A stretch of 59,041 nt of DNA, the filler included, from Sluysia triapertura (taxonomy: Eukaryota), in the NCBI GenBank assembly GCA_046118255.1. It is 4 parts of 4 records of this genome, joined end to end, with 100 filler letters (N's around TTAATTAATTAA, not from the genome) between each part and the next. Parts side by side here need not be neighbours in the genome. Positions count along the whole stretch, not along the records: positions 47,142 to 59,041 come from JBJNIA010158823.1; 3 more parts are not named here. One strand, given 5' to 3'. The position numbers and the translations under genes were made by a program. A model generated the notes under the pieces. It worked only from the letters and a program-made list of their open reading frames with translations. It was not told the origin of the DNA and did no database searches. Below, one piece after another: positions 55,138-59,041 of the stretch. The first letter of the stretch is position 1, and each line of letters starts with the position of its first letter.

Positions 55138-55297
55138 TTCACTATCATTATTAGCTCGAATAATTGATTCGACTAAATTAGCCGGATTTACTGCAGCAGT
55201 TTTATCGATTTCCCATAACCAATCTATAGCAGCATTAATTGAATCTTTTGTTACTGGCTGACAATTCGATGCAAATTTAACTGCTTTATTTTCTACT
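55138..55297 (-). CDS. vwa3b: VWA3B-like exon B
   Basis: VENKAVKFASNCQPVTKDSINAAIDWLWEIDKTAAVNPANLVESIIRANNDSE; phase 2 in, phase 0 out. Confidence 0.88.
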
Positions 55298-55779
55298 CTA
55301 AAATTATTTTTATTACTTATTTACTAGATATATTATAAAATAGCCAGGATTTTAATTTAATATTTCAGAAATACTCGTTAAATCAGTTATGTGTTTCGCT
55401 TAAGTACGAGAATGTATGCGGAAGTGTTATTTTCTTCATTTCTTTAATCTTGCAAATAAAGATAGTTTCTTCACATTCAGAAAATTTGTATATTGCGTAA
55501 TCTACATGTTTACTCTTTACACAAAATTTTATTCAATTCTCGACATAACGAATTAAACTTTAAACTCAATTACCAAACTACCAAACATTTTAACATTTAA
55601 AATCATTCAACTTCTAATCATAACCTGATAAAAGTAACAACAAACATCTTGAGTTTTCCAGAATTATCTTTTTATATACTATGTCAACTAATAATATCAT
55701 GTCACATTGCAAAGAAAGAACAAAACTATTACAAACATAAATGTGAAGAGTTAACAAAAACATAATAATTTGACAAAAG

Positions 55780-57480
55780 TACCAGAAAGACAAGTACGAA
55801 TGAAGATTTCTCAAACTAAATCGACATTAACAGCAGTGAAAGATAAATTAATAGAACGAAATGCAAAATTATTGAACCCACGTCGAGTTTCAGATCAACT
55901 AAACAATTGATGCACTGTTTATCGGTACAAAAATTAAACAAACGAGTCTGAAAAAGAATTTTTACATAAAATTATTGATATTCGTGCGACTGAAATTATC
56001 CGAATAGTGATAATACACCTAAAAGCTTGATTGAATCAGAGTATCGGTTTTATCACAAGATCTTAAAAGCCGAACGGAAGTATAAACGCTTTTGATCTAA
56101 GAAATGTGTTATTACAAATTTTTGGCAACACAAAGAATATATTTCTACTTCATTTACTTTGTTACCGAAAACGTTTCATATCACTTAAATCATGAATATT
56201 TTATTAAATCGAAAATACACAAAAAATTATTTAAATAAAAAACGAAGATGAAGAAACTCCTGAATTAAGTCACCAACGAATTGTTTCTGATTCAATTAGT
56301 AAAATAGAAGATGTAATTAAGACTAAGAACAAAATGATGCAGCTGCATTCAATAAAATCATACAGAATATTCAGCGAACTTCTGCTAAGAACATAATGAA
56401 AATGAAAAATGTTCGACAAAGATCAAAGAACCCAAACGTAAAGTAAATCATCCATTCAAGAAACATAAAAGAGATAATAATAATGTGGAAAGTGGTGCTA
56501 GTAATAAAACAAATTAATCTTATAAGAAAGGAATTATGCTGAAGAAGTATGAAAACGAAAATCGCAAAAATGAAGAAAGGCAGACTTTAAAAACTAATAA
56601 TGATCCATAAAAAAGAATCAAAAATAGAAGCAAAAGAAATTAAAAATACAAAACGTTGTTATTGCTGCACTATTTATAAAATATAATTTTGTGAATTGTG
56701 AAATAGCATGAAACACATTTTTTAGTTTAGAATGTTTAGATTTAAAGTATTACGAAATCAAATTATATGAGTTGAATGTGCAAAAATACAAAACAATTTA
56801 TACAAAGTATTACCACCTTCTATGATTGAAATAAGCGTTTGTTCTCGCTTAAAAGACCCTGCCTACAGGCATATGATATTTAGTCATACTTTTTCATTAA
56901 ATTAGTTTAGAATCCAATCAAATGTGAATTGGCTACAAAAAATGGCTTCCAACAATCACAATTTACAACTTGTAGACCAAAAAATTAAAAGTTCACAATT
57001 AAAAAGTTAGAGTCAAAAATTACAAACTAGACAAGTAAAAAATAATTAAGACGAGGAAAACTAATGTTGCCAATGCTAAATTATGCTAAAATAAAACCAA
57101 ATCAAACAATGATGAATTAAATATTAAAGTAAATAAGAACTATGGTGAATTAACAATAAAGTGAATGCAAAGTATGAGTTCGAAGTCAAAAAAAATATGA
57201 AATATTGCGAATTAACCCATGAATGAATGCTACACCGAATATAAATTATGGTGGAATAAATGTTAGAACGATCGTAAATTATGATGAACTAAACCATAAT
57301 GAATTAACTGTCAAATTAAACTTTGAGTCAGACGAGTTAAATGATGATATGATGAAACAAACATAAAATATTATGAGTTAGCGTTGAGTTAAATGTTAAG
57401 TCTGATGAATTACATGATGAAACAAATTCATTGAACATGAATTGAAATTTAAACTAAAGTTAAAGAATGATATATATCAT
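55780..57480 (+). pseudogene. Decayed antisense coding-like insert nested in a vwa3b intron, with an ~11-aa repeat tail
   Basis: Broken K/E/N-rich frames; 57060-57480 gives NNDELNIKVNKNYGELT and PNINYGGINVRTIVNYDELN units. Confidence 0.4.
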
Positions 57481-57950
57481 ACATTAGAGCAAAACGGAAA
57501 ATTTAAATTAAATTTTTCATTCCTAAAAACAAAACAAACCTCGAGTAAATAAATAAACATTTAATTCAAACAAATTTCGTCAGATAGTTTATTTAAAGGA
57601 AGTTTGCATTGATGTGACAAAACATTTTTAGATGTGCCACAAAAAATATTTGATGTGATCTGTCGTGTGCCAAGTAAATTGAGTTAACATTTTCCAATAA
57701 TTAAAAAAATTAACTAATTTCTTTATTTACAAAAAAAGAAAACAGAAATACAGTAATATTTCACTTAATAGTATTTCACTTAAAAACCATAATATAAAAA
57801 TAAGAAATTATAGCAAAAATATAAATTTTCTATTGAAACAATATTTTTTGACTATATACAATTTCTATGAAAGTGAATTTTTGACATGTATTACAAGCTT
57901 ACTCAAACGTGTATTAGCATCTTAAATTATTAAATATTAATGACACTAAC

Positions 57951-58201
57951 CGAATTAAATTAAACTTCAAACAATGACTTATTTGTTCATTTAATAGACG
58001 TTCAACGGCACATATAAACTGATCAAATTCACGACTATTTTTATTTTTAATATCGATCACTATAGTTACAATGTGTTCTTCAATGACACCAAATATTCGT
58101 CTGCTTTCACTTTTTAACCATAGTAATCGTTGACTATATAAATCAATTGCTGCTTGTAGTTGTTGTTGAGCGTTTAATAATTTTTCCTTTTTAGCAATAA
58201 T
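57951..58201 (-). CDS. vwa3b: VWA3B-like exon A
   Basis: IIAKKEKLLNAQQQLQAAIDLYSQRLLWLKSESRRIFGVIEEHIVTIVIDIK...LLNEQISHCLKFNLIR; resembles the recalled VWA3B pattern WLTSKSRQIFGVI...EQV..FNIIR; phase 0 in, phase 2 out. Confidence 0.88.
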
Positions 58202-58969
58202 CTAAAATATATCAATGATGTCGATTTTCATAAAACATTACATTTCTAACATATAAATTTAACATCAAACAATTATAGTATATTATTGGTAAAATTAATT
58301 TAAAAGTTGGCTTAATTTTACTACGATCCTATACGTTGACTTAATACAAAATTGGATTATTATCTAGTAATAAATTAAATAAGTTGACACAAATGTGGTA
58401 AGATGTAGTAAGAAAATATTTATCGAAAACTTAAAGTTGTGGTACAATAATTAAAAATGTTTTCGTAAAGAAAATTAAAACGTCTCAAAAAGTATTCGAG
58501 AGCTTTTTTTGATTGTAATGTAAGATTAATGGATTATGTAATTGCATTTAATAAACTACATTAGTTCAACTGATCATAAAAATAAGATATTTCAGTAAAA
58601 AGTAATTAAAATAGTTCTAAGGCATAAAACCAAAATATTTACTGAGAAAACAGTCTCAATTGCAAGTTGTTTTCTTGATTTAACAAATAAATTATTTATA
58701 TCACATGTTGATAAAACTTCATCGTTGATAAAAACAACTGAATTTTTGTCAGCAAAAGACTATACATAATTGTGGAGACGCTTCTGTTATTTTCTTTGCT
58801 TATTATATTAATAAATATTCTCAACAATTTGTGCAAACTTCTATTCTTGAATTTAATCTGCAAAGTTTATTTTTTTGAGTTTTCTTTCGATTGTTTTGTT
58901 TTTGTTGTAAAACAATTGAAAATTTTATTCCGCGCATAATTATTAAATGATGTTTAACTGTTTTCGATA

Positions 58970-58970
58970 C

Positions 58971-59041
<71 letters not shown>
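58970..59041. repeat. (AAT)n microsatellite
   Basis: Perfect tandem at window end. Confidence 0.97.

Overview
Very AT-rich eukaryotic genomic DNA with (AAT)n/(CAT)n microsatellites and short GT-AG introns. This is most consistent with a triclad planarian or related flatworm (inference). The window is four contigs joined by artificial 100-nt spacers (N44-TTAATTAATTAA-N44), so adjacency across 12460, 30365 and 47042 is unverified. Host genes: an intact Sp5/buttonhead-type Sp transcription factor (26665-27834, -) with a cluster of TCF/LEF, GC-rich Helper-like and GC/GT-box motifs upstream; four phase-consistent exons of a VWA3B orthologue (54260-58201, -); and two exons of a PH-domain gene resembling TECPR1 (13851-17384, +) with an in-frame TAA. 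Much of the rest is decayed transposons: two DD41D-type Tc1/mariner copies, a Tc1/Tc3-like copy, a pogo/Tigger fragment, a Tc2-like MITE, a TTAA MITE, a Charlie-like hAT, Gypsy gag/protease/LTR pieces and tRNA-derived repeats. There are also decayed orphan genes, notably a ~30-unit decapeptide-repeat gene whose units resemble the FLAG epitope (DYKDDDYK), and an ankyrin-repeat pseudogene. No prokaryotic systems are present.
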